Positions 42,774 through 57,500 of a DNA stretch of 64,000 nucleotides are shown here, in pieces. The stretch lies in contig CM097887.1 of NCBI GenBank assembly GCA_044892525.1, positions 8,308,001-8,372,000 on the forward strand. The letters run 5' to 3'. The position numbers and the translations under genes are program-made. Below the pieces are notes generated by a model. That model saw only the letters and a list, made by a program, of their open reading frames with translations, was not told the origin of the DNA and searched no databases. This DNA is from Schmidtea polychroa. Taxonomy: Eukaryota. Within the stretch, counting starts at the first letter, position 1. Each line of letters opens with the position of its first letter.

Positions 42774-45199
42774 TTTTATTTTGTTTTTCCTATCATAATT
42801 ATAAAAATTATAAAATAATGATACCAATAATAATACTTCAATATAATAATAATCCTATTCTGCTATATTGGTTTTGATGTTACTTTGATTTAGCCCACTG
42901 TTTTTATTGAATATATTTTTAATTTTGTTGCATTTTACTTTATTTTTATTTTCTCCCATATATTTTATTTGATTCACCACTAACCCTAGGCATTTAACAT
43001 TCTCAAAATTATCATATCCGCTGGTTATGTTACTGCTGCAGGCAGATATATTATTTTGCCATGAAGGTCTCATATCCCAAAGTTCGAGATCTGGGTCCTC
43101 CAAGGCCTTTAACCAACATTTATTAATAATTCATATATATATAATTATATATTTTATTTATTCATATTTGAATGATTTTGAATCTATCTCAGAGGAAGCT
43201 GAATAATTGGGATAGTATTTATTTGAATAAATACAGAGTGCGTAAAAAAGTATTTTGACCTATCAGGAAATTTGAAGTTCATAATGAATAACGAATCCAT
43301 TCAGTTGCAACATTAATGTTATTGTGATAAGAAAGAAGATCTAAGGATTTATCATTCACATTCTCATGAAAAAAGAATGGACAATAAACACGTGATATGG
43401 AAGCAGGTTTAGAACTGGAATGAGTTTCTTTAAATATTGTAGATATGTTTTACCATTTCAACTATTATAAATGTATTTTAATTCAAAGTTACTGATTCAA
43501 ACTGAAAAACTATTTGAATATTAAGTTATTAAAAACAAATATATTGCATTTATTAAAAAGAGCGTGAAGACTATAAATCAGTAAATATATCAACAAACAT
43601 CGATATATTACTGATTTATAGTCTTGAAGCTCATTTTAATAAATTCAATGGAAAAAAAATCAGTGGTGAAATTGGAAAAAAAGTTCGTATAAAAATATAT
43701 TTGATTCTAAATAATAAGTTTTGCTGTGTTCCATTTAGCCACATTTTACCTCCCTTCTTAAGACTTAGTAAATACCATTTCCTAATAAATATTTTACTTT
43801 TATTACAGATCTTGAGTTATTTTATATAGTTTGACAAGTTTGACTTGCTATTCTGAATCCATGTTCTCTTGATCAAGTAATACTAATTCAACACAATTAA
43901 CTTTTATTAACTTTTTTATATAGGTAACCCATGTAGAAGGCGGTCTAAAATTTTCTCAAATTTTTGTTGATAATAAAAAAAAGCAATTTATATTGATGCC
44001 ACATACACTGGAATGACTGCGCGTCATATCCGTTTTCAAGTTCCTGATCACTATCGATTGAAGGAATTGATTAATATTGGTAAACACATTTTGAATTGAA
44101 AAAACAGAATTTTGTGAATTTTTAGCGAAATTAATTAAAAAAAATTGATTAATTAGTTGATAAGTTTGTTTAAAAAATAGCAATTTATATTGATTTAGTT
44201 TGATTTTTAATTCTACCTGAAGATGACAGTGATTCTGTCGAAATATATTGTAGTAAAATATATACATTGGATTTGGTGCTTTTCGTTTTATAATATTTGT
44301 ATTTGTTAATAACTATAATTAGAAAAAAATTTAAATATAGTAATTTTAATATATTAAATAGTAATAAATTATTGCTAAAAATAATAATTAAGAAAGTTAA
44401 TTTTAATATAAATATTGATTAAAAATTTAGGATCGAATAAAATCGATAATTATTTATTAATCTTCTTTTTATAAATTATTTATTTACAAAAAGTTCGCGA
44501 AACCCCTGCTATCAGTCCACGGAACAAACTTTGGGAAACGCTGAACTAGATATTTGTTTAGCCCGACCCTGTAGTATGTTGTCAACTCAAAGTGTTCGAT
44601 GGGCCGTCCTCTGTCATTTAATATTTGTAATGATTCGGTCCACTTATCACAGGAACCACAAATCGGAAAGAAGCGATGTTGGTGTCGTTGGTCATTTCCC
44701 ACAATGAATATTAAGCCAAAAAATTGGAAAGAATTTTCGCCAAGATGAGTGGAAAGGGTTAACTATTGATTTTTAATTATCAACTATTTACCGTGTGACA
44801 TATTTTACAGTAGATAAATTAGGCAAATACCTATGGCACCAAATCTTCGATAAATATTTTTCCTCTTTAAAATTGCAAAGCCGTTAATGTTTTCGATTCA
44901 CATTAATTGTCGTGTTCTTGGATTTGTTCAGAGGTTGATAATTCTATTATTTGACATGTTTGATAAAATACTTTATTGATTTCATTTGTTTTTTGTTATT
45001 ATTTATTATGTTGTGCTTGTGTTGAGTTTTTTTGTTGTCAGTAGTATTTTTTAGTAAATCAATATTTTATTGAAAATAAGTAACTATTTTTTACATTCAT
45101 AAATTTTAATATTTAATTATTTTTATTTTTTTAACGTTTTATGTTTGATATTATCCATTGAATGAATGCCAAGACAGTTATGTAGGAACATAAAACTAA

Positions 45200-45530
45200 T
45201 TCGTACAATATATTTATTGAAAGTGACACCAAATTCACCGATCATAGAAATATATGCTCCAACATTCATGAAAGCATTGATACCTGATCTGACGATTAAT
45301 GAATTCAGCTTTGGTCATATCTATTCCAGTATCGTGCAATGTCAAAGTAATGGAATCTTTATCTGGAATAACTTTAATAATTTACTCCTTTTGGGTATCC
45401 AAGACTATTGAGCTCTAGTAACGAACTTTATCAAGTGCATCACTAGCACTGGAAATCAATCCCATAGGAATGTCTTTGTTTGAATAGAAGGTATTGATGA
45501 ATCAACTAAGAGACCCCAGCATCTCGAATG
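45200..45530 (-). pseudogene. HSP90: HSP90 N-terminal ATPase-domain pseudogene fragment
   Basis: FINTFYSNKDI...LISSASDALDKVRY*S...DTGIDMTKAEFIN...SG.NAFM...ISMIGEFGVTF, with stops and a frameshift. Confidence 0.88.
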
Positions 45531-45599
45531 TTTGACATTCTTTTAATAGATTTTAAACACTGGCCTAGAGTATAACTATGGCATAACGCAAAAACTGCC

Positions 45600-46011
45600 T
45601 TTAACTGTGATTTTAATTTTATTTAATACCGGTCAATCTTTTTCTGGTTAGCTTAAGCTTCTTTAACTTTCTAGAAACCTTTGATTGCGTCGTATTTATT
45701 CCGAATTCGTTGCTCAAGAGGGTTTTTACCTCATCCTGTATAAGTGAGTTGTTTCAGCTTATAATGTTGAGTATTCCCCTCTCTTCCGGATTAAGAGTCT
45801 ATGACCTTTGACGACAGGTCCTCCTACACTTCTCAGCGGCCGGTACAAACTCGACTTTATTCTCTTCGTCTCTTAGGATCTTTCTAACAGTCTTTCTATC
45901 CAGTTGAAAGGTTTCTGAAAGATCCTTAATGGTAGAATTTGGTTTTTTGGAAGAATTTATTACACGATCTCTAAGTTCTTTGTTGAGTGTTGTCCTTGCT
46001 TTGCGACCCAT
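45600..46011 (-). pseudogene. Tc1/IS630-like transposase N-terminal HTH fragment
   Basis: TIKDLSETFQLDRKTVRKIL HTH, then QSKVSRKLKKLKLTRK after a stop. Confidence 0.6.
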
Positions 46012-46704
46012 ATTGTGGGGTTATTTTTTCAAAACTTTTAATTAAAAAGGTATATAGATTTGCATAACCCTGTAATTGTGAATGCAGTCATATAGTGCCG
46101 CGGTAACAATATTTTAAGTCTCTTTAATTGTGAATTTTTTTCTTAATTATGTATATTTTCGTCGCTATAAATTTGGTATAATAGCATGACCCATATATGA
46201 CATTTTTTCGTATAACGTCGCGCTTTCTGGAACCATTTAGCAACGGTAACCGGTGTATGACTATATATGATTATTCTTTTTATTAATTTCCACTGTTTTA
46301 TTATCATAATTATTTTAAATGTTGATATTTTTTAATAATTATAAAACGTACATACTTTACATATGACCTACTTATCTTTAGACTTGACTTATATATTTAT
46401 ATACTACTTAATTTTAGACAACCTATTATTATATATTCTAATTAATTTTGAGCTAAAATCAACCTACTTTCCTACATCTATCTACTATTCAGTTTATTTC
46501 CACCATTTTATTTTACAGTGTTATTTTGTATTATAAATTAATTTATAATTATGAATAATTAGTTATGTTTAAGAATAAGCAATTTATAATTAATTATAAT
46601 AAACACTATGATGGCGAATATCCCTGTAAAATTATGAATATACGAGAAAATACAGTTGCGTAGTCAATGGGGGGGTGGGGTAAGTGGATATGCCTATACA
46701 ACAT

Positions 46705-47349
46705 CAGAGCTGTAGCTAGGGGGTGGCGAATGGGGCTACCGCCCGGGTGCCGAGTTGTAGGGCGCCAAAACTGTGAAATGATCATTTAAATTTTTTTTGC
46801 TTTTCTTTCTTTTTTCATATTAAATTTTATATTCTGCTTTCCATGTTTACTGTTTTCAAAAGTTAAACTAAAACAAAACTGTTTTTCTGGTCTATCTAAA
46901 GGTTTTTGCAAACGGGCGACTAAATCCGGAGGTGGCTGATCATGAAAACAGTTTAAAAGAAGGAAGGACAATTGATGATAATCTTTAATTTAATTTATCT
47001 TTAATTTCTTTTATTTAGAATTCAATGTTAAATGCTAAAGTTGATCACTTGATCTTCTCAAATATATTATAATAGTAACCTTAACAGGAACTTAATGATC
47101 AAAACTCTGAACTTAGGTTTAATAAATACGGAGTAAATAAATTTTCAATATTAATGTATAATATAACATGTATAATAAATATTTATAATTAATTGGTTTT
47201 CGCTATAATATAAGTTTGGTTAAGCATTGTATAGCTTTGCATCTTAATTTGACTCTTCAAAACCAATTCCATTCCTGTAAGTACATAATTAATGGGGGTG
47301 GTAGATTCTTTTGGCACCAGGGGCGCCATTTTCCCTAGTTACGGCTCTG
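46705..47349. mobile_element. hAT-type MITE
   Basis: TIR CAGAGCTGTAGCTAGGG / CCCTAGTTACGGCTCTG (15/17 match), 8-bp TSD TACAACAT. Confidence 0.88.
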
Positions 47350-48065
47350 TACAACATGCCTATACAACCATCGATATAATTACTATAATCAGCTTCATTA
47401 AAGATTATAATCAAATATTTTATAGAGGAATATATTCTAATTATAACAAAATATAATTTATTTAACCAATAAACATACCAAGGAAAGTAATCTTTAATAA
47501 AGGAACCGTTTCGCTATATACTGATGAGCACAGAAAAACTACGCTTAAACTTTGCCAAAGAATAATTCTAAAATCTAGATGAGAAATAAAAAGTTCTTAG
47601 TGAACAGATTCGTTACCATCACTTTGAAAAATCTCATCTAAATAGAGTTTGTCAGGAATCAACCAAAATTTCTCAATTAATTTTTTAGTCATGATTTCTG
47701 AGAATTCAAATTGTCCTCCATTCAAATTTGAATTCTAAAATAATATCACAACTATCATAAGCGAAGCAACAGTAACTCAATAAGCTTGCGCAACAGAGAA
47801 CAAATTATTTAGTTTAATTTAGTAATCGGTTGGCGTTGGTGGTAACATTATTTCTAGTTCAAAATTGTGTTTTACCCGTATATTCAACCATCAAGTAAGT
47901 ATATTTATTTATTGTGCGATATTTAAATCTAATTAAAACTTTTTTTATTAACAACATATAACAACATGTGTAGATAAAAATTTTATTTAAGTTATCAACA
48001 TTTGATGAGAGTCTTAAATTTTCCGGTTATTTTAATTACAGATATTTTAATTTAGATTATCCATT

Positions 48066-49783
48066 ATGTCAAAAAAACTTAAAAGAACACTTAATGAGGA
48101 AAACAGAGCTTTTAATGAAGAATGGCAGCTGCAATATTATCTTATTTCTATGAAAGATAAAATGGTTTGTTTGTTATGTAATTATGTTACTGACAACTTT
48201 AAAAAACTATAATACGAACCAGCATTATATATCTCACAAATATCGCAAATATGTTAAACTCGAAGGCCAACCTCGTAAATCTGCACTTCAGAAAATGAAA
48301 AAAGAAACACAGGATCAAACACTATCTTTCAGTGCTTTTACTAAGCAAGGATCCGCTTCAACTGATGCCACATTCAAAATAGGGTATATAGTTGGAAAAA
48401 GAGGTAAGCCATTTAGTGATGTTGAAATGATAAAGATCCTGAAAAAATTGAAATATATAAACAACTACGTCTTTCAAGAAGGATAGACAACACGAATTAG
48501 CTTACAATGTAACAGAACAGCTTCGCACAATAATTCAAGAAAAGGATGTATATTTTTCAATAGCATTAGATGAATCTACTGATAACACTGACTCAGCTCA
48601 GGTATTATATTTTATTCGTGCCATAACTGAAGATTTTCAATGTTATGAGGAACTGCTCGGTTTGGGCACTCTCACTGGAAGAACTCGTGGAATAAATATC
48701 CATGATAACTTTAAAAAAATATGTCGTGAAGCAGGACTAAAACTTGATAATGTGATTAGTGTGTGCACTGACGGTGCACCTTCCATGAAGGCAAAAAAGA
48801 GGGATTTGTTTCATTGTTAAAAAAACAATTTAAATTTACAAACATTAATTTCATTTCATTGTATATTGCACCAACAAAATCTTTGTGCTTTAAGCAATAC
48901 TATAGAGAAAATTATTGTACTTGTTAATTTTATCCCAGCAAATGCAACACGACATCGAAACTTGCTTATATCAGATGCTGAGACATATAGTGTAGATTTA
49001 CCGTATCATTGTAAAGTGCGCTGGCTATCAAGAGGAGAGGTTTTAGTCAAAGTTTTATCATTGCGAGAACAAATAGTGAAATTTTATGAGGAACAAAACG
49101 AGCATTGCGATTTACTAGATGACGAATTTGGCAGAAATAGTGCATTTTTGTGTGAAATATTTCTTTGCAAGGTAAAACAAAAAATATTTATGATGTGGCA
49201 AAAAATCCAGGCATTTCGAAAAAAATTATTATTTTTCAAAACTATTTTATCTCGATCGGAAATTTCTGGAGAACATTTTCCGCAATTAGCAAAAATATTA
49301 AATGAACAAGAACCTAGAAGTTTCATATCTCAAGATTACATAACTGTTTTGGATTCATTAATTGAAGAATATAAGGCACAGTTTTCTGATTTTGAAGAAG
49401 ATACTCTGACAATGAAATTAGCATTTGAACCACATCTAGTTGATATCTCAAAAGCACCTAGCGAACTATAAATGGAATTGTTTGAGTTATGTGAAGATAA
49501 TATTATAAAGTTTCTTTTTGATGCAAAGAAAGATCCGATTGAAATATGGAAGAATGCAATTGAATACCCATGTTTACGCGAACATGCTCGTAGACTTCTT
49601 TCTTGCTTTGGAAATACTTACTGCTGCGAATCAACTTTTTCATATTTAACACAAATTAAGACCAACTTAAGGACTCAGATAACTGATATTCACTTAGAAG
49701 ATCAACTTAAGTTACGTGTTACTAAGCTGGAACCTGATATCAAATTTCTTTCCAATAAAAAGCAGACACAAAAGTCCCATTAA
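48066..49783 (+). pseudogene. Decayed hAT (SPIN/Buster/GTF2IRD2-like) transposase
   Basis: FNEEWQLQY...CLLC, ALDESTD, CTDGAPSM, HCILHQQNL, VRWLSRG, FGNTYCCESTFS; multiple frameshifts. Confidence 0.9.
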
Positions 49784-50399
49784 ATTGGTTATGTGGACTT
49801 GTATATATCTTAGATCTTTTTATATTTTTAAATGGGCTATGCATGTGTTTTATATCGAACTAATAAAATAAATTGGATTTGTGAAATTATCATTTATTGT
49901 TTTAATTTTTATTTTTTGTGCTTCCAGAAAAATAGTAATATTACGATCTACAAAATTATAATTGGCCTTTTATGGTAAAAAGGTTCTATTATCAACTGAA
50001 TAAACTCTTGGTGCTTCTCTTTATTTCTGTTTTCTCTTTAATTTTCTCTGCTTCAATTTTATTTAAATTTGGTTCTTCCAAACTGTTCGCTAAATTGTTC
50101 TCTCACTTGTTGTCTTAATTCTTTCTAAATTGATCATCTCAAGACTCAATTCTAATAATTGTAATTCCGCAGTATTTACTTTAAACTTGCTCCAAAAATA
50201 AATTTTCAAGGTCTTCCGATATTTTAGAAATTTAATAGTTTTTTCTATTTTTTAATTTTAACATAATTGATTTAATTTATCAAAATCTGTAATAACAAAG
50301 AATTTTCCTAAACATAAAGAACTTAACTTTTTGATTTCTACTCAGTTACTCACTTTATATAAATATTTATATTGCTCTAATATTTTGATCAGTTGGTAA

Positions 50400-52150
50400 G
50401 ATTTGGTACCGTTTTTTCAAAATACCATTTTTTCGAAAATAAATTAATAATAAAACTATGAAAATTTTATAAAATTTTTGTAAGATATTAATTTATTAAG
50501 CTATAATTAAAAAATAAGATTATGAAAGATTTTTAGACAGCGGAATTTATTATTACAATTAGTGAGTTGATAAAGTCTTTAATTAAATCAGTAATCTTAT
50601 ATTTAGACTTTAATTAGCAAATTAATTTTTATACTGATTTTTATTGATTAAATTCTCCTAAATGCTTGAATTCCTACATACTAATAAGAATAAGAATGGG
50701 AAGCTGATATTGGAAGGACATATTTTTTATATGGACAAGAAAATCGATAGTGTGGTCTATTGGAAGTGTATGCGGGCTTTATAGATGTAAAGCAAGAGCG
50801 GTGACTGATAATGATGTATTGGTGAAGCGAATCAAAGATCACAACCATGTTTTTGATTTAGTAACTTTGGAAGTAGCCAGATCTATCTCGCAATCTAAAT
50901 AACTGGCTCTGGCTTCCCGTGAAACGCCCCAAAATATTGTTTCGAGAAGCCTGATTGAAGCTCCCAGAATTATTTATTCAAATCTTTCAACACCACATAA
51001 TTTAAAAAGATCTGTCCGAAGAATTCGAAAATCAAATAGCCTAAATGTGGTGCTTCCATTGGCTATTGCTGATATAGTAATCCCCGATGCATATAAACTA
51101 ACATTTAAAAATGAAGACTTTTTTTAGCTTCAACAGGAGAATCTAATGATAAAAGTTTTACTTTTGCGACATTGGCAAATTTAAGAATTCTAGAAATTTC
51201 TAAAGAGTGGTATATGGATGGAACATTTAAAATTGTTCCACTTTTATTCAACCAGCTTTTGACAATAAATGTAATACTACATAATGTGTCAATTCCTTTA
51301 GTATATGTGCTTATGCCAAATAGAACGATAGCAGCATATAAAGCTGTTTTGGAAAAGAAAAGCGCTTTTAGGGAAAATGATTTCTATAGATAGTGGATTC
51401 TCTGAAGATTTATCCACTCTATTCCATTATAAAACATTTGCTGCTTTAGCATATTTGCCTACGAATCTTATTGTTCAAGATTTTGAATTGATTGCTTCTT
51501 CCTTAGAACCTAATGAGTCATTGAATGAATTTTCATTATATTTTGAAGAAAACTTCATTGGGTGTATTGGAATAAATAATTTACGGCACTCACCAAGATT
51601 TCCTATTTCAATGTGGAGCATCTATGAAAATATTGTTGAGAATATGCCTAAAACCAATAATAACATTGAAGGTTGGCATAGGGGATTTTCAGAGATCAGT
51701 CAAGGATTTATAAATCTAGTCAGAAATCGGTCAAATCTAACAAGGATCACATCATTTAAGACTCACTATCATCCTAATCTTTGGAGTATTTTAGAATCTA
51801 TTAAAACTGAGCAAAACCTTTCTGAGGTAAAAATTGATCAGTTGCAAAGCGGGTTAAAATTCCCTTCTCAAACTCGTGCTATCAGCCATAATACAGAACA
51901 AATTTCAACTATAGTGTCTGAATTTAGCCTCGAGCCTTATGATATTAATAGTTATCTAACCCTTATTGCCTCCTTAATTTGAATAAATATTCGATTAATA
52001 TTGTTGATTCTTAACCGTCTTTTTAAATTGTGTAAATCTAGTCATGATTTTTAATAAATATTTTTAAAAATTGTTTATCAAATGTTAAAATTTCATTAAA
52101 AATGAATTGTTTTTCGAAAAAATGGTCATTCGAAAAAACGGTCCTCTACC
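50400..52150 (+). mobile_element. Mutator/MULE element with FLYWCH transposase remnant (~50700-51982)
   Basis: ~40-bp imperfect TIRs (ACCGTTTTTTC...ACCATTTTTTCGAAAA), 9-bp flanks AGTTGGTAA/AATTGGTAA; WYMDGTFK, PLVYVLM, KTNNNIEGWH. Confidence 0.85.
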
Positions 52151-54499
52151 AATTGGTAACTGTAATATTTAATATTTACGTATCAGATTTTAATCCAGCT
52201 TTCGTGATGAAGCTAAACGGACTAAGAAGAAATTATTTTTTCTTTTCTAATAAAGTTTGATTTTAAAATTTTTTCATTTAGATATTACTAATTTGTACAC
52301 TGCACTGATTTTTATTGTAACATAACCAATATAACCAAATATAAATTCCTAACAACCGTGTAGAGAATTTCAAAATTTACCTTGACAGATTTATCAACGA
52401 GTTTCAATAGGGAATATAGAGAATTTATAATATTCACATCTTTATTGAGTATGACTTTGAAGCATAATATCTATGAAACAAATGGGGTAAAAACGCTACC
52501 GTTTCATCTATCAACTCACAGTAATGTTCACCAAATCGAGCAGATTGCAATTAAAAATTACAGACACATTCTTACCGTTCACAATAGTTGAATCAGTCAA
52601 AGATTTATAAATCTAGTCAGAAATCGGTCAAATCTAACAAGGATCACATCATTTAAGACTCACTATCAACTGAGTCGCTTCCATACAAACCAACGACTCG
52701 CTATTGAGCATTTTCATTATGGAAAATTCAACTAGAAGATTATTCAACACTTCTGGAATCATAAGATTTGGTGACAAGCACAAACGGGCTAAGTAATCTA
52801 ACATAAACATTCGATATGGTCTCACTAAATTATAAATTATAATAATTACCCTTATAGAAATTGCCGATATTAGAGGTCGATTTGTCAGACGTCTCCAATA
52901 ATATCTAGAATTTATCAGCAATTTTAACTATTCCTTTCATTAATAAAATACATTATTTCTACAATTTCCCGATTTGAAAGTGGCAAGTAAAAGTTGTACA
53001 AGAAGGTAATTAATACCAAACTATTCATTAATTAATACAAATATTCATTAAAACTTTATATCTAATAGAATTTTCTAATTTTCTATATTCTAAAGTGTTA
53101 TTTAAATGAAATTTCAGATTCAAATTTAATATTTTTTGAATATCGGTAAATCAGCCAGTAGATGGATGTGTCCATTCTCCACCACTACCACCCCACCCTC
53201 CCCCGGAAAATATCTAGGTCAACTCAGAATTTAATGTAGGACACGAACATATATAGTGTGTATATACAAACAAATGCTTAGTTTCCACAAAAATGAGCTC
53301 CAAAGTTTCTAAATTAAAATGTAGGTCATGCCATAATATAACAACTTTCATATATAAAATATATCAAACATAGAAAATCTTATATTATAGAAAATAATTC
53401 AAAAGATTCTCGTCACTTCTCGTTTCACTCTGTTCTGAATTCTGTTTAATTATATCTTTAAATGTTCTTTTAAATTCTCCTTATGATTCTTTTTTTAACT
53501 CTCAAACTTTAATTCTCCTTTTTGCTCTCGTTTTCTCGGTTTTGTCTCTAATTTTGTTCCACTTTTGTTTCTAATTTCATTCTATTTTTGTTCTGATTTC
53601 TCGGTCAACTGTTCTGATTTATATAGCCTGTTTCATTTGTGGCACTGGCGACAGATTGTGTTTTCCATTTTCCTTTTCCTTTTTTCTTTCTCCTGCTTTC
53701 CCCGACTGTACCATTTTTATCTCTGACAGCTGTCAAGTTGTTTTCCCTTTTTCCTTTTCTGTTTGATCGCCTTCCCCCATTAATTCTGTTATCACTGACA
53801 AGCTGTCGAGATAAGGATATTGTTGTTTTCCTTTTCCCATGATTTCAAAATTCCTTTCCCTTTCTGTACTAATTAATTAGTACTGACCTTGGTTTTTATT
53901 TTCCTGTTTGTTTCCTTTTATTTTCTTTATATTTCTCATTTTTAATTTATTTTTACTTCCGTTTTCTTTTCTGAGTTCCAATAGATCGTCCCGTTTGTCA
54001 TGGCGATCTTCCCCTCAGGTAATTTTATTTATTTCTATAAATTGTTATTTAGGTATCCTCAACAAATTTACAATCAATTCAAAATGTCCACAAATCTATT
54101 AATTGTTCTTGGGAGAAAATGGTAAATTTAATTTTATTATTTACTTTAGTATTATTATTTAGAAAGTAGAGCAGTTAATGCCCAAATATTTTATTAATAT
54201 TATTTTAGATCTTTCTATCAGAGATTGGTATGAGATCAAGGAGAATGAAGATCTCCTTGATGTTTCCAGAATATTTGAACACGGTAAATTGTTAGTTTGG
54301 TCCATAAATTTGTCCTGTCTTTTAGAACAAAATGAAACTAAAAATTTATTTATTAAAAATCCCATTTAATCAGTAAAATATTTTCCATTATGTTCTATTA
54401 CCTTTCTCCATCTCTCCAGCAGTTATATAATCCCGCGCTCATAGAAGCTCTGAGGTTTCTGGATGAAGAAATGTTTACAGGTGACTTTTCAACTCTTTC

Positions 54500-54840
54500 A
54501 AGGAATACAATATCTTAACCCCTAAGCTATTTTGAAGTGATCTAATAATTGGTAATCGGAAAGTGCAAGGTCGGAAGAGTATGGTCGATGTTCCAAATCA
54601 TCAAAATTGAGTTGTGATAACTTGTCCCGGTGGCCAAAGATATACATGATTCTCTGCAAGAGATTTTCCTGCCGTAAACCAAGATTATTTGAGCTTAGAA
54701 TTAAAATACAAAATCCATTTTTCATCTCCTGTGACCAAGCACTTTAAAAATGGATCTATAATGTTCCTATTCAATAGAGTTTTGTATGCATTAAAGCGTT
54801 CTTTCAAATTTTTCCTGTTAAATCATGCGGTAACCATACA
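54500..54840 (-). pseudogene. mariner transposase fragment
   Basis: VTGDEKWILY and HRPYSSDLALSDY (YSPDLAPSD-like), with the intervening region deleted. Confidence 0.85.
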
Positions 54841-55879
54841 TCGACCTTGCTGACCAAATTTCTAATTTCATTTCATTGTATTATTTTTTCCTGCATTATC
54901 CATTCTCATCAAGTTCTCGGGTTACACATACAGAATCAAATAACTACTAGTAATCGTCTAACTCAAATCCTTTATACGTTAGGAAAATTATTCCCTCGTT
55001 TCCCATGATTTCTTTTCACATTTATTTCATAAAATGGGGCACATAGTTCGATAACTATTTCAGTTTTCCCTAAACTCAAAGGCATCTTACTCAATTTCGT
55101 TAAGATTTCAATAGGTTTTTGAAGACTTTCTTCTGGATCTTAGGCAGTGTACAATAACAGTAATTGCACGGTAGTAATAAGAAAAATAAAAAATGATCAC
55201 AGAATGCCGAACGAATTCAACAATCTTACGATACAAATGAATAAATTGTCATGTGTGATAGCTATCGAAATACTGTATATACCGACCATCTCAAATCCTT
55301 TCCGAGAGTTGAAAGATATCAAATCCAAAATCCAAACACAAGAAGATCTAATCAACAGATGGATGTATTTCACACACCATGTTCTATCACCCGCAGAAAA
55401 GGACCAACTCATCATGTTCGTAGAGGCAAGAATGATATGTGACATCAATAACAATCAAAGACCTATGGGAATGTGTATTCGAAATTTCAAAGAAACAGTA
55501 GTCAGGGATAAAAGGATCACACACAGAACAAAGAAAACATCATCGGCAATGAAGACGAGTATCGAGCACTTGTGGAGATTCAAGAACTTCTGTGTGAACA
55601 AACAAGAGTGGGGTATGACATCATAAGCTAACTAAAAGCCTTAATACTGGACTTGGATAATATGATGCGAGTAAGAGAGATGGCAAATGAAATCATTCGT
55701 AAAAAACGTGGCTCCTCACAAGATTAAATTGTCAAACTTGGAATACAAAGTCATGAAGCATCATAACACGAAAAAGCTTGCTCACAGATGTATGTGGACC
55801 CAAATAATGACAAAACTTTAGCGGTAAAATTTTTGAAGTGTGGAAATGTAGATTTTCCAGGGCCAAATAAGCTTCTGCA

Positions 55880-56800
55880 CTAATTGGCGAACTTAGATAT
55901 TAAATATTCGTTCCAAGCTCTTGAAGCCTTTGAACCTAATTTCAAATTCCACCAACAAGATATCCAATTGATCCTTGTATATGTCATTTATTATAGAAGA
56001 AATTTTTTGTTTTAACAAAAGGAAATGACTAAACAAGGAGTTTTGCCTGAAATGATTTATCGTGTATTTACATTTCATGTGCAAACAACTTATTGCCCTG
56101 AAGACTGACTGTAGTAAATAATAGCATAATGTTCATTTCCCAAATTTTGAAGCAGTACCTTAAACTGCCTGTGATTAAGCGCCCTTTCTCTGATAAAGTT
56201 TATCACACCTGATAACAGGGTCAATAACATGTTTTATATTCAGCGCAGCCTTACACAGATTTTCCTGGTGAATAACACAATGGATAGGTAACAGTGTATG
56301 ATCAGGATATTCTTGTTTAATTTTATTATTTTTTAACTTCACCGGACCCACTTTTCAACAGTCAAAGCACCCACTCCATCGACAGTACACTTACCATATT
56401 GTTCCACGCCAATCCATTTTTTCAACACTCAAATCGGTAAGCTGGAAAACGAGTGTTAATTACCTGTATAAATATCAACAATTGTTCAGTATCCTGTACA
56501 TCGGTACTTTCGCTCAATGCAAGAGAGTACCACAAAAAATCCTTGCTTGAATCTCAAAGTTGGTGCATCAAATTACCATTTATAGTTTCAGCACGCCGAA
56601 CTTGATAGAAAAATGCGGTCAAATTTTATTCTCTGTTCTGGACACAATATTTCCTGATTTTGACAAGCACTTCTTGATGAACTCACCATCAGAAAAAAGC
56701 TTGTTCCGCTTTACAATCTTATGGGCCAGTATCAAGCTGGCTCCAGTTGCAGCATCTTGTATTTAAAACTGTTTAGTGAAATATTTTGCTGCTTTTTTAA
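55880..56800 (-). pseudogene. Decayed hAT (GTF2IRD2-like) transposase
   Basis: FSDGEFIKKC, CVIHQENLC, VINFIRERALNHRQF, EFEIRFKGF. Confidence 0.8.
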
Positions 56801-56898
56801 AATTATTAACTAATTCTTGTCATTTTCTTCGTTCCTTAAATTTTGTTCGAAATCTAAATGTTTTGTTTGGCAGTGTCTTTTTAAATTATACTCTTTAA

Positions 56899-57105
56899 CC
56901 CTTACAACACTCCTGGGATATTATATATCCCAAACATTTTTGAAAAATTATTTCTATGCCATCTTTTTTATAATGAGAAAATGGGCGGTGTAGACCTCTG
57001 TGACCAACTTGTGGCCGTTTACGACCTCAATAGAAGGTCAGCTAAATGGTGGAAGAAAGTCTTATACAAAGTTCTAATGATGTCAGTAACAAATAGTTTT
57101 ATTAT
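56899..57105 (+). mobile_element. piggyBac fragment
   Basis: TTAA|CCCTT terminus at 56895-56903; YNEKMGGVDLCDQ...KWWKK from 56969. Confidence 0.8.
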
Positions 57106-57405
57106 AAAAAATTAATCATTTTCTGAAGAAATAAAATTCAGTGTTGACACAGTAAACAAGCTGCTTTGCTCTCAACGTTCGTGAAACAAAATTTTGCAGT
57201 CCACTTGTCATTAAAAATGCGACATTCGTTCTCAATCTTTCTTTTTTAGCAGCACATTTATAAAAAATTTATTTTAAACTTTATTAAAAATATTAAAATA
57301 TATACCTAATTTTGATAATTATTATTCACTAATCAATTCTAGTGAAAATTATAGTTGAATAAAATTGACATATACATAGAATTATAAGATGTACGTACTT
57401 GCGGG

Positions 57406-57409
<4 letters not shown>

Positions 57410-57496
<87 letters not shown>
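57410..57496. repeat. (AT)n microsatellite
   Basis: Direct observation. Confidence 0.95.

Positions 57497-57500
<4 letters not shown>

Noticed and set aside
47521-47545. CTGATGAG as a hammerhead core
   Set aside because: No stem II closing onto GAAA and no stem I partner.
55147-55626. 159-aa orphan ORF
   Set aside because: No recognisable motif, non-ATG start, and it lies among TE debris; probably a TE fragment but unassignable.
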